Below, piece after piece: positions 17,064 through 26,672 of a stretch of 64,000 nt of DNA. The DNA is from Planctomycetota bacterium (GTDB lineage Bacteria > Planctomycetota > UBA1135 > UBA2386). Within the stretch, counting starts at the first letter, position 1; each line of letters starts with the position of its first letter. The notes beneath the pieces were generated by a model, which did no database searches, had not been told where the DNA came from, and worked only from the letters and a program-made list of their open reading frames with translations. Location: NCBI GenBank assembly GCA_014192625.1, contig BJHM01000001.1:187725-251724 (forward strand), read 5' to 3'. Position numbers and translations under genes: made by a program.

Positions 17064-17105
17064 GCGAGCCGGTGACCAATGGGTTGCCGGCTCGCTGCAT
17101 TTTTG
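17064..17105 (+). terminator. second terminator-like hairpin
   Basis: A perfect 9-bp stem GCGAGCCGG/CCGGCTCGC with a 14-nt loop, followed by TGCATTTTTG. Confidence 0.5.
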
Positions 17106-17152
17106 GGTAGTGCCAACTGTTTCTGGTGTGCGTGTTACCGGAATATCCGTGC

Positions 17153-18751
17153 ATGCGAACAGCCCTTGTTGGTGCGTTGCTTGCTTTTTCGGCATCCGCA
17201 CGGCTGAGCAGCCAAGAGCCGTTCGATCTTATTTTGCGGGGCGGACGGGTGCTCACTGGATCTATGGCGCAGTCGCGTGCGGCTGACGTCGGTGTGCGTG
17301 GCGGCAAAATCGCTGCGCTCGGCGACCTTTCCTTCTCGCACGCCCAAAGCGAGCTCGAGTGTGGAGGCCGCATCGTGTCCCCGGGCTTCATCGATGTGCA
17401 TGCCCATGTGGATGCCGATGTGGTGCGTCACCCAGGTTGCGACAACTACTTGTTGATGGGTGTCACAACTTTGATTACCGGCAACTGCGGTGGCTCGGTG
17501 GCGGATCTCGCAGCCCACTTGGCAAGGCTCGAACACGGCGGTATCGGCGTCAACTATGGCAGCTTGGTCGGCCTGGGCACCGTGCGCACTTCGGTGCTCG
17601 GATCAGAGAATCGTGCGCCTGATGATGGTGAACTTGCCGCGATGTGTGCCCTGGTCGAGCAGGGAATGCAGGCAGGCGCTTATGGTGTGTCGACGGGGCT
17701 CATCTACGTGCCTGGGACCTATGCGAGCACCATCGAGATCGCGACGCTTGCCGCAGTGGCCGCGCGGCATGGCGGTATCTATGCATCACACATGCGCAAC
17801 GAGAACGATCGCATCGTCGACTCGATTCGCGAGATCCTGCGGATTGGCGAACTGGCAGGGATCCCGGTGCATATCTCCCATATCAAGTGCACAGGCAAGC
17901 CCAACTGGGGCCGAGCTGGCGAAATCATCAGCATGCTTTCAATGGCCCGAGCCAATGGCAGCCGCATCACTGCAGATCAATATGCCTACGACGCGAGTTC
18001 GACCGGAATCGATGTGCTGTTTCCAGCTGCAGATTTGGCGATTGGTCGTGCCGAGTTTGCTCGCCAGCTAGCGGCAGTCCCTGCCTTCCGGGCACGCATG
18101 AAGCAGGCTTTGTTTGCGACCATGGATCGCGTCGGCTTTGGTGACTTCCGTTATGCGCGGATTGCCAGTGCCGAGGGTAACAAGGACTTAGCTGGGAGGT
18201 CGCTACTTGAAGCTGCCAAGCTGCGAACGGGAAGGGATGATCGAGACGCACAAGCAGAAATGGCGATGGAGTTATTTATCAAAGCTGCGCCGAAGCGCGT
18301 GCAAATGATCTATCACGCGATTAGCGAAGACGATGTTGCGACCTTTATGGCGCAGGATTGGATCGCGATCGCCGCCGACGCTGGGCTGCGCGTAGAGATC
18401 GACGGTGATAAGCCGCACCCGCGCGGCTATGGCCACAACCCGCGTGTGTTGGGCCGCTATGTACGCGAACTTCAAGTGCTCGATTTGTCGACGGCGATCC
18501 ACAAGATGACTGCGGTTCCGGCGGGCATTTTTGGTATCACGGGAAGGGGCGAACTCGGGGTTGGCGGGATTGCCGATCTGGTGGTGTTTGATCCTGACTC
18601 GGTGATCGATCGGGCGACCTATGAAGAGCCCACTCTGCCGCCAGTTGGGATTGACTACGTGATCGTGAACGGCTGTGTCGCCGTCGATCATGGCGTGGTT
18701 GCCAAACAGCGCTCGGGTGTGGTTTTGCGACGGGGTAGAGAGAAGCTCTGA
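17153..18751 (+). CDS. N-acyl-D-amino-acid deacylase (D-aminoacylase) family amidohydrolase, secreted
   Basis: Trimmed to ATG 17153, giving signal peptide MRTALVGALLAFSASARLSSQE. Metal-binding GFIDVHAHVD. The overall length and blocks (ITGNCGGS, GIYASHMRNE, HISHIK, DLVVFD) fit the D-aminoacylase subfamily. Confidence 0.75.
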   Translation: MRTALVGALLAFSASARLSSQEPFDLILRGGRVLTGSMAQSRAADVGVRGGKIAALGDLSFSHAQSELECGGRIVSPGFIDVHAHVDADVVRHPGCDNYLLMGVTTLITGNCGGSVADLAAHLARLEHGGIGVNYGSLVGLGTVRTSVLGSENRAPDDGELAAMCALVEQGMQAGAYGVSTGLIYVPGTYASTIEIATLAAVAARHGGIYASHMRNENDRIVDSIREILRIGELAGIPVHISHIKCTGKPNWGRAGEIISMLSMARANGSRITADQYAYDASSTGIDVLFPAADLAIGRAEFARQLAAVPAFRARMKQALFATMDRVGFGDFRYARIASAEGNKDLAGRSLLEAAKLRTGRDDRDAQAEMAMELFIKAAPKRVQMIYHAISEDDVATFMAQDWIAIAADAGLRVEIDGDKPHPRGYGHNPRVLGRYVRELQVLDLSTAIHKMTAVPAGIFGITGRGELGVGGIADLVVFDPDSVIDRATYEEPTLPPVGIDYVIVNGCVAVDHGVVAKQRSGVVLRRGREKL

Positions 18752-18754
18752 TCA

Positions 18755-20833
18755 TCAGTGGCGTGGTTCTTTGCGCCAAAGCTGCAGGTCTTCGGTGCGG
18801 CACAGCGCCAGCAGCTCTTGACCCGCGTGCAGGACAAGTTCTTGCGTTGCCGGCACGCGTAGGTCGCGGTTATTTGGCACCTGCACCGTGACGAGCACGG
18901 GGGCTAGCCATGCGAGTGCTTCCGCGGGCAAGTTGTCGATCGAGAGTCCGTGCCATTCTTCTGGCACCTCTAGGGTGGCAAGTTCCCAGCCCGATGGCAG
19001 CACTACGAGGTTGGAAACTTTGCCTTTGTTATCCTGAAAGCGCGCCCTTCGGTGTTGACCGAGGACTTCGCTGCGGATGCCGGCAATCACGTCTTGCTGA
19101 CGCAAGCGGCCGATCAGTTGCTTTGTGCCCGTCGCCACAACGGAAAGTTCGCCGAGGTCGGAGTCATCAAAGCGCGGCATGACAGTCGCGAGCGAATCCT
19201 CTGGTGTGATGCTGATGGCTGGTCGCGTCAGATCGGATGCGATCACGACCGACCTGAGTGACGGGTCATTGATGAAGTTCTTTACGTCCTGCAGCTGGAT
19301 GATGCCCGTTAGCGCACCGTGCTGGTCGAGCACATAGAGCGTGTCACCACGGTGGTTTGCTAGGAGGCCCATCACCTCGTCGAAGCTTGCTACGTCGCGC
19401 ACGGTCAGCACATCCCTGCGCATCACGTCGCGGACGTAGGTGGTCTTGATCGCGAGTTCTTCGAGGCCGGTTGGCACCAGATCGCCCTTGGCCTTCAGCG
19501 CTGCCGTGTAGAGGCTGTCTTCGTCGATCAAGCTTGCGACGATGCTCGCGACGATGCTGCAAAGCATGACGGGTAGTACCAACTCGTAGTGCCCTGTCAG
19601 CTCAAATACGAGCACGACGGAGGTCACGGGTGCATGCATCGTCGCCGCAGTGAGGCCGGCCATGCCGACGAAGGCAAAGATGGCGACTTCGCTTTCGTGT
19701 ATTGCGCCAAAGCCGATGGCGCGCATCCCGTAGGCGAAGAACCCGCCGAACGCGGCGCCGATGACGAGGTTTGGCGTGAAAATGCCGCCGAGACCACCTG
19801 AGCCGATGGTGGCGGCGGTGGCGACAACCTTCCAAAAGAACAACGCCGCGATCAGAGAGATCGGCGGTGTCTCGCGCGCGATCGTCTTGATTACCTCAAT
19901 GCCATTGCCCCAGGTTTCCGGCAGCCACAGACCGATGATGCCGACTACGAAACCGCCGAGCGCCATCGTCAACGGCAGCGGCAGTCTGGCCCCGGCCATT
20001 ACGCTGCGTCCCAGGCGGAGCGAATGGCGGAACATGATGCCGCCCACGCCACACATCACGCCGAGCACGACTGCCGCGAGTATGAGATTCCACGACAGGA
20101 CAGAAAGGGTGCGGGGCAGCACGTCACCGTAGATCGCGCCGTCGCCCATCAGCACGTGACGCAGCATCGTCGCCAAGACGGACGACACGACGATCGGGGC
20201 GAATACGTCCATCGCGAAGTTGCCGAGCACGGCTTCCATCACGAAGATCGCGCCGGCGATCGGTGCGTTGTAGGAGGTGGCCATACCTGCCGCGACGCCG
20301 CAGCCGAGCAGGACGGCACGGCCGCGCGCGCCCACTTGCAGCACGCGCGTGAGCCAGCACGCAACGGTTGCGGCAATGTGCGAGTTGGCACCTTCGCGAC
20401 CAATGCTGCCGCCCGAGCCGATCGTGCAGGCTGCCGACAGGATCTGCACTACACTGTCGCGCACGCGGATCGTCCCCTTGCGGAGTTGCACCATGCCGAC
20501 GATGTCGGTGATGCCAAACGGCGCTTTCTTCTTTAGCAGCAGAAGAAAGAGGCCGGCGGCGAGTCCGCCAAACATCGGCACCGCGATGATGCGCCAAGCG
20601 GGTAAGCGATGGACGGCTGCGGACAGCGGTTCCAAAGCGCCACTGGTAGTTTGCGCCTGCTCGGTGAGCAGCCTTTGGATCTGGTTTAGCCCGAGCTGAA
20701 AACCGCTGCCAAGCAGACCGCCGGCAACGCCGATGATTGCGGCGAGCAGGAAGATCGCGAACGCGCGAACCGGGATGCCTTTGGTCCCGACCATGGGGGA
20801 TTGCAGGTTGTCCGACCGACTGCCCGCCGTCAA
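18755..20833 (-). CDS. ClC-family chloride channel/transporter with CBS pair and TrkA-C (RCK_C) domain
   Basis: 692 aa. ClC motifs GSGGSIGREG and GGLGGIFTP, multiple TM helices, two CBS-like segments and a C-terminal TrkA-C-like region (LATLEVPEEWHGLSIDNL...). Confidence 0.9.
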   Translation of the reverse strand: MTAGSRSDNLQSPMVGTKGIPVRAFAIFLLAAIIGVAGGLLGSGFQLGLNQIQRLLTEQAQTTSGALEPLSAAVHRLPAWRIIAVPMFGGLAAGLFLLLLKKKAPFGITDIVGMVQLRKGTIRVRDSVVQILSAACTIGSGGSIGREGANSHIAATVACWLTRVLQVGARGRAVLLGCGVAAGMATSYNAPIAGAIFVMEAVLGNFAMDVFAPIVVSSVLATMLRHVLMGDGAIYGDVLPRTLSVLSWNLILAAVVLGVMCGVGGIMFRHSLRLGRSVMAGARLPLPLTMALGGFVVGIIGLWLPETWGNGIEVIKTIARETPPISLIAALFFWKVVATAATIGSGGLGGIFTPNLVIGAAFGGFFAYGMRAIGFGAIHESEVAIFAFVGMAGLTAATMHAPVTSVVLVFELTGHYELVLPVMLCSIVASIVASLIDEDSLYTAALKAKGDLVPTGLEELAIKTTYVRDVMRRDVLTVRDVASFDEVMGLLANHRGDTLYVLDQHGALTGIIQLQDVKNFINDPSLRSVVIASDLTRPAISITPEDSLATVMPRFDDSDLGELSVVATGTKQLIGRLRQQDVIAGIRSEVLGQHRRARFQDNKGKVSNLVVLPSGWELATLEVPEEWHGLSIDNLPAEALAWLAPVLVTVQVPNNRDLRVPATQELVLHAGQELLALCRTEDLQLWRKEPRH

Positions 20834-20852
20834 GCGCGCGCTCCTTCGCGCA

Positions 20853-22328
20853 TCAGTCCTTTCGCTCCGGGGCAGTGTCTAGCCGCAGGCACGCTCCATG
20901 CGTTGTTTGCGAAAGCACCTCGGGCAGCGGCGCCTCGATTGGTGGCAGTGGCACGTGGCGATCGTGCAGTTGAACCGAATGGATGTGCCGCGTCTCTCCG
21001 GCGTGGGGGGTGCCGATCGTAATTTGATCGGGGACCCCTAACGGCATTTCGCTGCCGCCTGCGCCAGTGAGCATTCGCACGATCGGCAGATCAATGCGCG
21101 AAGTCTGGCCGATCACGGTGGCAAGTGCGCCAGAGTCCAACTGCACGCGGGTGCCAACCGGAAAGATGCCGAGCGTGCGCACGAACAGTCGCAGCCAGCG
21201 TTGGTCGAAGTCACATGGGTTGCGATGCATCACCGCGAACGCTTCGGCTGGTGCGAGTGCCCGCTTGTATGGGCGGACTGCGGTGAGCGCTTCGAAGGCG
21301 TCGCAGACGCGCACCAACTTGCTGGTGCCGCTCGGCATCACCGGCACCGCCGCTTGCGGATAACCTGCGCCGTCGGCTTGCATGTGGTGGCAGAACGCTG
21401 CGCCGATCGCGCTGGGATCGAGGTCTTGCTGCTCCATCAAGATGTGCGCGCCGAGTCGCGGGTGCTGTGCCATCCACTGCCACTCGGATTCATCGAGCTT
21501 GCCCTCCTTGAACAGGATCTCTTGCGGCACTTTCGATTTGCCAATGTCGTGCAGAAGCGCTGCCGTTCCGACCAGCACCAATTGGTCGCGATCGGCGCCA
21601 GCGGCTCGCGCTACCTGCAAGGCGAGCAGTGCCACGCGGACGGAATGACCAACCGTGAAGCGGTCGACGTTGTCCTGCGCCGCGAGCGAGAGCAGGCCAC
21701 TGGGTTCGGTGTCGAGGCGGAGTAGCACGCGTTCCACGGCGGTGCTGGCTTGATCCACGGCAAGCATCTGATCGCGGTGTGCGCGGGCGTGGTTGTGTTG
21801 CAGCGATGCGGCAAGGTTTTGGTAGTGGTGCAGGTCGTCGATTGCCTCGATCACGGACGCACTGCGATCACTCGGGTCCGCTGGTGTGCGGGAGGTAAGG
21901 CGCACATTGCGGATGCCAAAGGCTTGCAACGCCTGCTCGCGATGGCTGCGGTGCAGCGCCTCAACGTTTTGCGGCAGCAGCAGCAGATCGAACAGCCGCA
22001 ATGCTTCCTCGGCCTTCAGTTCGCTGTCAAACGCGAGTGCCGCCACATCGCGGGCGGCGAGGTCGCGCAGCAGACCTGCGGCCTGCAAGCTTGGCGCCAC
22101 CAGTGGCTTTCCGTCGTGATGGATCCAGTCGTCGCTGAACTGCAACTGCAGGGGCAGTTCGCAGCCGTGTGTATCCGCGGTGCGCAACATGCGGATCAGC
22201 GCGTGCAGCGACACCAAGACGTGTGTGCTGTCGCGGCCATTGAGATCGTAGTCTTGCGCGGCGGTGACCAACGCGTGAGCGAATTGCACGATCGCGGTCG
22301 CCTGCAAATCGGACTGAGTGCGCGTCAT
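20853..22328 (-). CDS. HD-GYP domain protein (putative c-di-GMP phosphodiesterase) with ~230 aa N-terminal domain of unknown function
   Basis: 491 aa. HD motif LLHDIGKSKVP and HHMQADGAGYP (HD-GYP signature). The start ATG shares 1 nt with the upstream stop (TAATG). Confidence 0.85.
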   Translation of the reverse strand: MTRTQSDLQATAIVQFAHALVTAAQDYDLNGRDSTHVLVSLHALIRMLRTADTHGCELPLQLQFSDDWIHHDGKPLVAPSLQAAGLLRDLAARDVAALAFDSELKAEEALRLFDLLLLPQNVEALHRSHREQALQAFGIRNVRLTSRTPADPSDRSASVIEAIDDLHHYQNLAASLQHNHARAHRDQMLAVDQASTAVERVLLRLDTEPSGLLSLAAQDNVDRFTVGHSVRVALLALQVARAAGADRDQLVLVGTAALLHDIGKSKVPQEILFKEGKLDESEWQWMAQHPRLGAHILMEQQDLDPSAIGAAFCHHMQADGAGYPQAAVPVMPSGTSKLVRVCDAFEALTAVRPYKRALAPAEAFAVMHRNPCDFDQRWLRLFVRTLGIFPVGTRVQLDSGALATVIGQTSRIDLPIVRMLTGAGGSEMPLGVPDQITIGTPHAGETRHIHSVQLHDRHVPLPPIEAPLPEVLSQTTHGACLRLDTAPERKD

Positions 22329-22915
22329 TAGCGCGCCCCGCCATCGGTCGACAACGCTGCCACCGCGATCAGATGGCAGAGTGCTAAAAGCGCCTTATCG
22401 TCGATTGTGCTTAGTTGTTGGCTCTGCACGATCCGTTGGCTGATTGCGGTCGCCAGCGCGCCAAGTTCCGAGCCTGTGGCGCCGCTCTGCTGCTGCAATA
22501 CGGCGCGTGCGCGTTGCTGCTGTGTGGCGGGACCCCGTAGGCAGGTATCGCCGAGGATTGCATAAAACTCTTCGTCACGATTTTCGTCGAGTCGCGGGAA
22601 GGCGCCGGTGCCGAAATCGGCTCGTGCAGCCGCGGCCAGCAACGCCGAAAGTTCTTCTTGGGTGACCAGCTCAAGCGAGCGGTCTGCGCCATTTCTTCGC
22701 GCTAAAGAGGGCATTGGCTGGTCCTGCAGCAAGCGAAACAGTCCTTCGGTTGACTCGGCAAGCCGCGCTTCCAGCATCGGATCGCTGGCGTCGAACATCG
22801 CCGTCGGCAGCGAGGAAGCCTGCTTCAGTTCGGTCTGCAGTCGAAGCTGCCAGTCGGCGATCACACTGCGAAAGTGTTCGCCACCTGGTTTGCGTTTGTT
22901 GCTGCGTTTCTTCAT
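22328..22915 (-). CDS. hypothetical protein
   Basis: 195 aa with a basic N-terminus (MKKRSNKRKPGG). Translationally coupled to the HD-GYP gene. No recognisable domain. Confidence 0.5.
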   Translation of the reverse strand: MKKRSNKRKPGGEHFRSVIADWQLRLQTELKQASSLPTAMFDASDPMLEARLAESTEGLFRLLQDQPMPSLARRNGADRSLELVTQEELSALLAAAARADFGTGAFPRLDENRDEEFYAILGDTCLRGPATQQQRARAVLQQQSGATGSELGALATAISQRIVQSQQLSTIDDKALLALCHLIAVAALSTDGGAR

Positions 22916-23014
22916 GGCCGTGGACCTGTTCGTTATCGGTCGCCGTCGTCCTGCCGCGTGAGCAGGAAGCTCATGGTTCGCTTGCGCAGCCGCCTTTGCG
23001 TATGGTGCGTTGGC

Positions 23015-24193
23015 ATGGAACGGATCGCGATCGTCGCCGCGGCTCGCACGCCGATCGGCAAGTTTATGGGTTCGCTGTCGTCGCTCACCGCGGTCGACTT
23101 GGGCGTTGTGGCGGTGCAGCGCGCCATGGCAATGGCCTCACTGGGGCACGGCGAGGTCGATGAAGTCATCTTCGGTCAAGCGCGCCAACTCGGCTCGGGG
23201 CCCAATCCTGCTCGCCAGGTGGCGATTGCCGCGGGCTGCGCCGAGACCTGCGTTGCGATGACGGTCAACAAGGCGTGTGGATCGAGTCTGAAGGCGATCG
23301 ACCTCGGCCGCGCAGCGATTTTGCTCGAGGGCAAGCAGATCGTCGTGGTCGGCGGCATGGAGAGCATGACCAACATCCCGTTCCTGTTGCCCGGCTATCG
23401 CCAAGGTTTCCGGCTGGGCCATGTCGAGGTGAAGGATGGCAACTTTCAGGACGGCTTCACTTGCGGCATCCTGAAGGAGCCGATGGGGATGACGGCCGAG
23501 TATCTCGCCGACGACTATCGGATTGGCAGGCCGGAACAGGATGAATACGCGCTAACGAGTCATCAGCGCGCAGCAGCGGCGCAACTCGCCGGCCGCTTTG
23601 TTGACGAGATCGCCAAGGTCGAGATCGCAGGCCGCAAGGGAGCCGTGGTTGTCGATACGGACGAGCACGTGCGGCCGGGTGCTTTGATCCTCGATCTGCA
23701 AAAGCTGCCGCCAGTGTTTCGGCCCAAAAACGGCACCGTCCATGCGGGCAACAGTTCGGGTGTCACCGACGGTGCCGCGGCCCTTGTGCTGATGGCGGAG
23801 TCCGAAGCGCGCCGCCGTGGCCTGACCCCGATGGCCTTTGTCGGTGCCTCGGCAAGCGCTGGGGTGAGCCCGCGCATCATGGGCATCGGCCCAGTGCCGG
23901 CGATCCAGAAACTGTGCCAGCGCACGGGCCGCGTGCTCGGCGATTTTGACCTGGTCGAACTCAACGAGGCGTTCGCGGCACAGATGCTGGCGTGCCTGCA
24001 TGACCTGCCGATTGCGCGCGACCGGCTCAACGTCAACGGCGGCGCGATTGCACTGGGGCATCCGATCGGCGCCACCGGTGCGCGCATCGTCGTTACCTTG
24101 CTGCACGAGATGGTCCGCCGGGGCAGCCAAAGGGGGCTAGCCAGCCTCTGCATGAGTGGCGGCATGGGCATGGCGATTGAGTTCGAGCGGTGA
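23015..24193 (+). CDS. acetyl-CoA C-acetyltransferase (thiolase II)
   Basis: ORF 22874.. trimmed to ATG 23015 (MERIAIVAAARTPIGKF). Active-site blocks NKACGSSLKA, NGGAIALGHPIGATGARI and CMSGGMGMA. Confidence 0.9.
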   Translation: MERIAIVAAARTPIGKFMGSLSSLTAVDLGVVAVQRAMAMASLGHGEVDEVIFGQARQLGSGPNPARQVAIAAGCAETCVAMTVNKACGSSLKAIDLGRAAILLEGKQIVVVGGMESMTNIPFLLPGYRQGFRLGHVEVKDGNFQDGFTCGILKEPMGMTAEYLADDYRIGRPEQDEYALTSHQRAAAAQLAGRFVDEIAKVEIAGRKGAVVVDTDEHVRPGALILDLQKLPPVFRPKNGTVHAGNSSGVTDGAAALVLMAESEARRRGLTPMAFVGASASAGVSPRIMGIGPVPAIQKLCQRTGRVLGDFDLVELNEAFAAQMLACLHDLPIARDRLNVNGGAIALGHPIGATGARIVVTLLHEMVRRGSQRGLASLCMSGGMGMAIEFER

Positions 24194-24287
24194 GCGATTG
24201 CCCACTGGATGGCGATTGCTCCTCACCTGCGCAGTTGAGCAAAATCCGATGCGCGGCTAGAACCTGCAAACCATTAGCGCCCTATCC

Positions 24288-25247
24288 ATGAACAGGTCCC
24301 TGCTCGCGTCCGCCGTCGTTCTCAGTTCGTACTGTTCCGCGGTCCTTTCACAGGACCTCCCTGGCCTCAAAGTAGTGCTGCTTGCAGAGCAGCCGTTCGT
24401 GTCGGCCATAGGTGAGGTGTCATTCAAACTGCTGCTCGATGCGCAGCAGGATGTGACCATCCCGGCCGATTTGATGAGCGGCATCCAGCTTGATGTGAAG
24501 CTCGGAGATCAATTTGGGCCGCTGATTCGCGATAGCGGCAAAGGCAGCCCGGTTGCGGTCGCGGCCGGCACCAAGATCGAGCGCCGCATCAAGCTCCCGG
24601 TCAGCAGGCTGTGCCCCAATGGGCCTGGTCCCACCGGCAAGATCGTGCTGCAGTGGCCTTCCATCAACGGCGGCAACTGCGTGCTTACCGTTGCAGCTGA
24701 CTGCAGCAAGATCGCGCTCGATGATCTCGATCTGGAAAAGACGCGCGTGGTGCTCGTCACCAACTTTGGCACGATCACGCTCGGCTTCTATCCAAAGAAG
24801 GCGCCCGAGTCGGTGAAGAACTTCGTCAAGCTGGCCAAAGAAGGTTTCTACGACGGCACCAAGTTTCACCGCGTGATCCGCAACTTCATGGTGCAGGGCG
24901 GCGACCCGAACACGAAGGATGACAGTAAGCTCGCGACGTGGGGCCAAGGTGGTCCGGGTTACAACATCAAGGGTGAGGTCAATGACACCGCGCATTCGCG
25001 TGGCGTGATCTCGATGGCCAACAGTGGCAGCCCCGACACGGCTGGCTCGCAGTTCTTCCTCTGCCACCGCGACGCTGCGCATCTAAACAAAGGCTATACC
25101 GCGTTTGGTGCGATCGAGGACGGCGGCGGACTCGATGTGCTCGATGCAATTGCCAATGTACGCTGCGCTGGCGTGGAGGGCTCGCGCCCGCTGTCGCCGG
25201 TGCTCTTGCTGCAAGCGATTCTATTGCCTGCAATGAAGCAGAAATGA
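24288..25247 (+). CDS. secreted peptidyl-prolyl cis-trans isomerase (cyclophilin type) with ~150 aa N-terminal domain
   Basis: Signal peptide, then a C-terminal cyclophilin core (FHRVIRNFMVQGGDP...GVISMANSG.PDTAGSQFF). Confidence 0.85.
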   Translation: MNRSLLASAVVLSSYCSAVLSQDLPGLKVVLLAEQPFVSAIGEVSFKLLLDAQQDVTIPADLMSGIQLDVKLGDQFGPLIRDSGKGSPVAVAAGTKIERRIKLPVSRLCPNGPGPTGKIVLQWPSINGGNCVLTVAADCSKIALDDLDLEKTRVVLVTNFGTITLGFYPKKAPESVKNFVKLAKEGFYDGTKFHRVIRNFMVQGGDPNTKDDSKLATWGQGGPGYNIKGEVNDTAHSRGVISMANSGSPDTAGSQFFLCHRDAAHLNKGYTAFGAIEDGGGLDVLDAIANVRCAGVEGSRPLSPVLLLQAILLPAMKQK

Positions 25248-25266
25248 TCCCGAAGGAGCGACACCT

Positions 25267-25839
25267 GTGATGAACCTCGAGACCACCGATCCGCAGACGA
25301 TTGAAGCAGCCATGGTGACCAGCAAGGGTGCCATGGTGATCACGTTCTTCCCCGACAAGGCGCCGCAACACGTGCGCAACTTCCTGCAGTTGGCGCAGCA
25401 GGGCTTTTACGATGCCCTCGCGTTTCACCGCGTGATCCGCAACTTCATGATTCAGGGCGGTTGCCCGAACACGAAGCTTGGTGCGACGGGTATTCCTGGC
25501 ACGGGCCGCCCTGAGTCGCCGCCGCTGCGTCAGGAGTTTCACGACCAGAAACACACGCGGGGCATTGTGTCGATGGCGCGTGGTGCAGACCCCAACTCGG
25601 CGGGGTCGCAGTTTTTCATCGTGCACTCGGACCACGCCACGCATCTTGATGGCCAATACACGGCGTTTGGCAAGGTCGAAGAAGGCCTCGAAGTGCTCGA
25701 TGATATTGCAGCCGTCGAGTGTGACTTTGGCGCGATGGGCGAGCGGTCGACGCCGCGCGAGCGGATTGTGATCCAGCGGATTGAGCTGCGACCGCGAAAG
25801 CAGCGCGGTGAGAGTGCGCCAGCGACCATGGCCGAGTGA
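25267..25839 (+). CDS. peptidyl-prolyl cis-trans isomerase (cyclophilin type), cytoplasmic
   Basis: FHRVIRNFMIQGGCP and GIVSMARGADPNSAGSQFFIV. AAGGAG lies 8 nt before GTG 25267 (ATG 25270 is the alternative). Confidence 0.9.
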   Translation: MMNLETTDPQTIEAAMVTSKGAMVITFFPDKAPQHVRNFLQLAQQGFYDALAFHRVIRNFMIQGGCPNTKLGATGIPGTGRPESPPLRQEFHDQKHTRGIVSMARGADPNSAGSQFFIVHSDHATHLDGQYTAFGKVEEGLEVLDDIAAVECDFGAMGERSTPRERIVIQRIELRPRKQRGESAPATMAE

Positions 25840-25891
25840 GTCGCGGACTCGACGTAGTAACGAACCCACACAGAAACGGACTCGATCCTAT

Positions 25892-26668
25892 ATGCAGAAT
25901 GTGATCCTCGAGCGTGATGGCCAACTTGCCATCGTCACCGTGAACCGTCCCACGAAGCTCAATGCACTCGACGATCAGACGATCGCGGAGCTGGATGGTT
26001 GCATCCAGCAGTTGTCGGCCGACGCGGCGGTCGGCGCGATTATCCTCACGGGTGCAGGCGAGAAGGCGTTTATCGCCGGCGCTGACATCACTGTGCTGGC
26101 CAAGCAGGGCGTGCTCGATGGTCGCGACAACGCACGCCGTGGTCAGGCACTTACGCAGCGAATCGAGGACTCGTGCAAGCCGGTGCTTGCTGCGATCAAC
26201 GGCTTTGCCCTAGGTGGCGGCCTCGAGCTCGCACTCGCCTGCGATCTGCGCTTCGCCTCGGCCAACGCCAAGCTCGGCTTGCCCGAAGTCAGCCTCGGCA
26301 TCATCCCCGGCTACGGCGGCACGCAGCGTTTGCCGCGTCTGGTAGGGAGCGGCGTGGCGTTGCAGATGATCTTGACGGGCGACCCGGTCACTGCGGACGA
26401 AGCGCTGCGGATCGGCCTCGTGAATGGCGTGTTCAGCCAGCCTGAATTGCTCGTCAGCGTGAAGGCGATCGCCAGCAAGATGGTGAGTCGTGGCAGCAAC
26501 GCGCTGGCGCTCGCCAAGCAGGCTGTGCGCCGTGGCAGCCACATGAGCATGCAGGATGGGCTAGCGCTGGAGGCGGATTTGTTCGGCGTGATCAGCAGCA
26601 CAACGGAGATGAAAGAAGGCATGGCTGCCTTCTTGGAAAAGCGCAAGCCGGCCTGGCTGCGCGGTTGA
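25892..26668 (+). CDS. enoyl-CoA hydratase (crotonase family)
   Basis: ORF 25781.. trimmed to ATG 25892 (MQNVILERDGQLAIVTVNRP). GAGEKAFIAGADI and INGFALGGGLELALACD. Confidence 0.9.
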   Translation: MQNVILERDGQLAIVTVNRPTKLNALDDQTIAELDGCIQQLSADAAVGAIILTGAGEKAFIAGADITVLAKQGVLDGRDNARRGQALTQRIEDSCKPVLAAINGFALGGGLELALACDLRFASANAKLGLPEVSLGIIPGYGGTQRLPRLVGSGVALQMILTGDPVTADEALRIGLVNGVFSQPELLVSVKAIASKMVSRGSNALALAKQAVRRGSHMSMQDGLALEADLFGVISSTTEMKEGMAAFLEKRKPAWLRG

Positions 26669-26672
26669 TCGT

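Noticed and set aside
24979-25869. 296-aa minus-strand ORF, plus similar long antisense ORFs at 8660..9634, 26592..27515, 36951..37727, 5510..6145 and 1294..2082
   Set aside because: Each is antisense or out of frame to a gene with clear family motifs (cyclophilins, cls, pabB, pcrA, HEAT protein, LysM protein). Their translations are Arg/Ala/Pro-rich and show no domain signatures.
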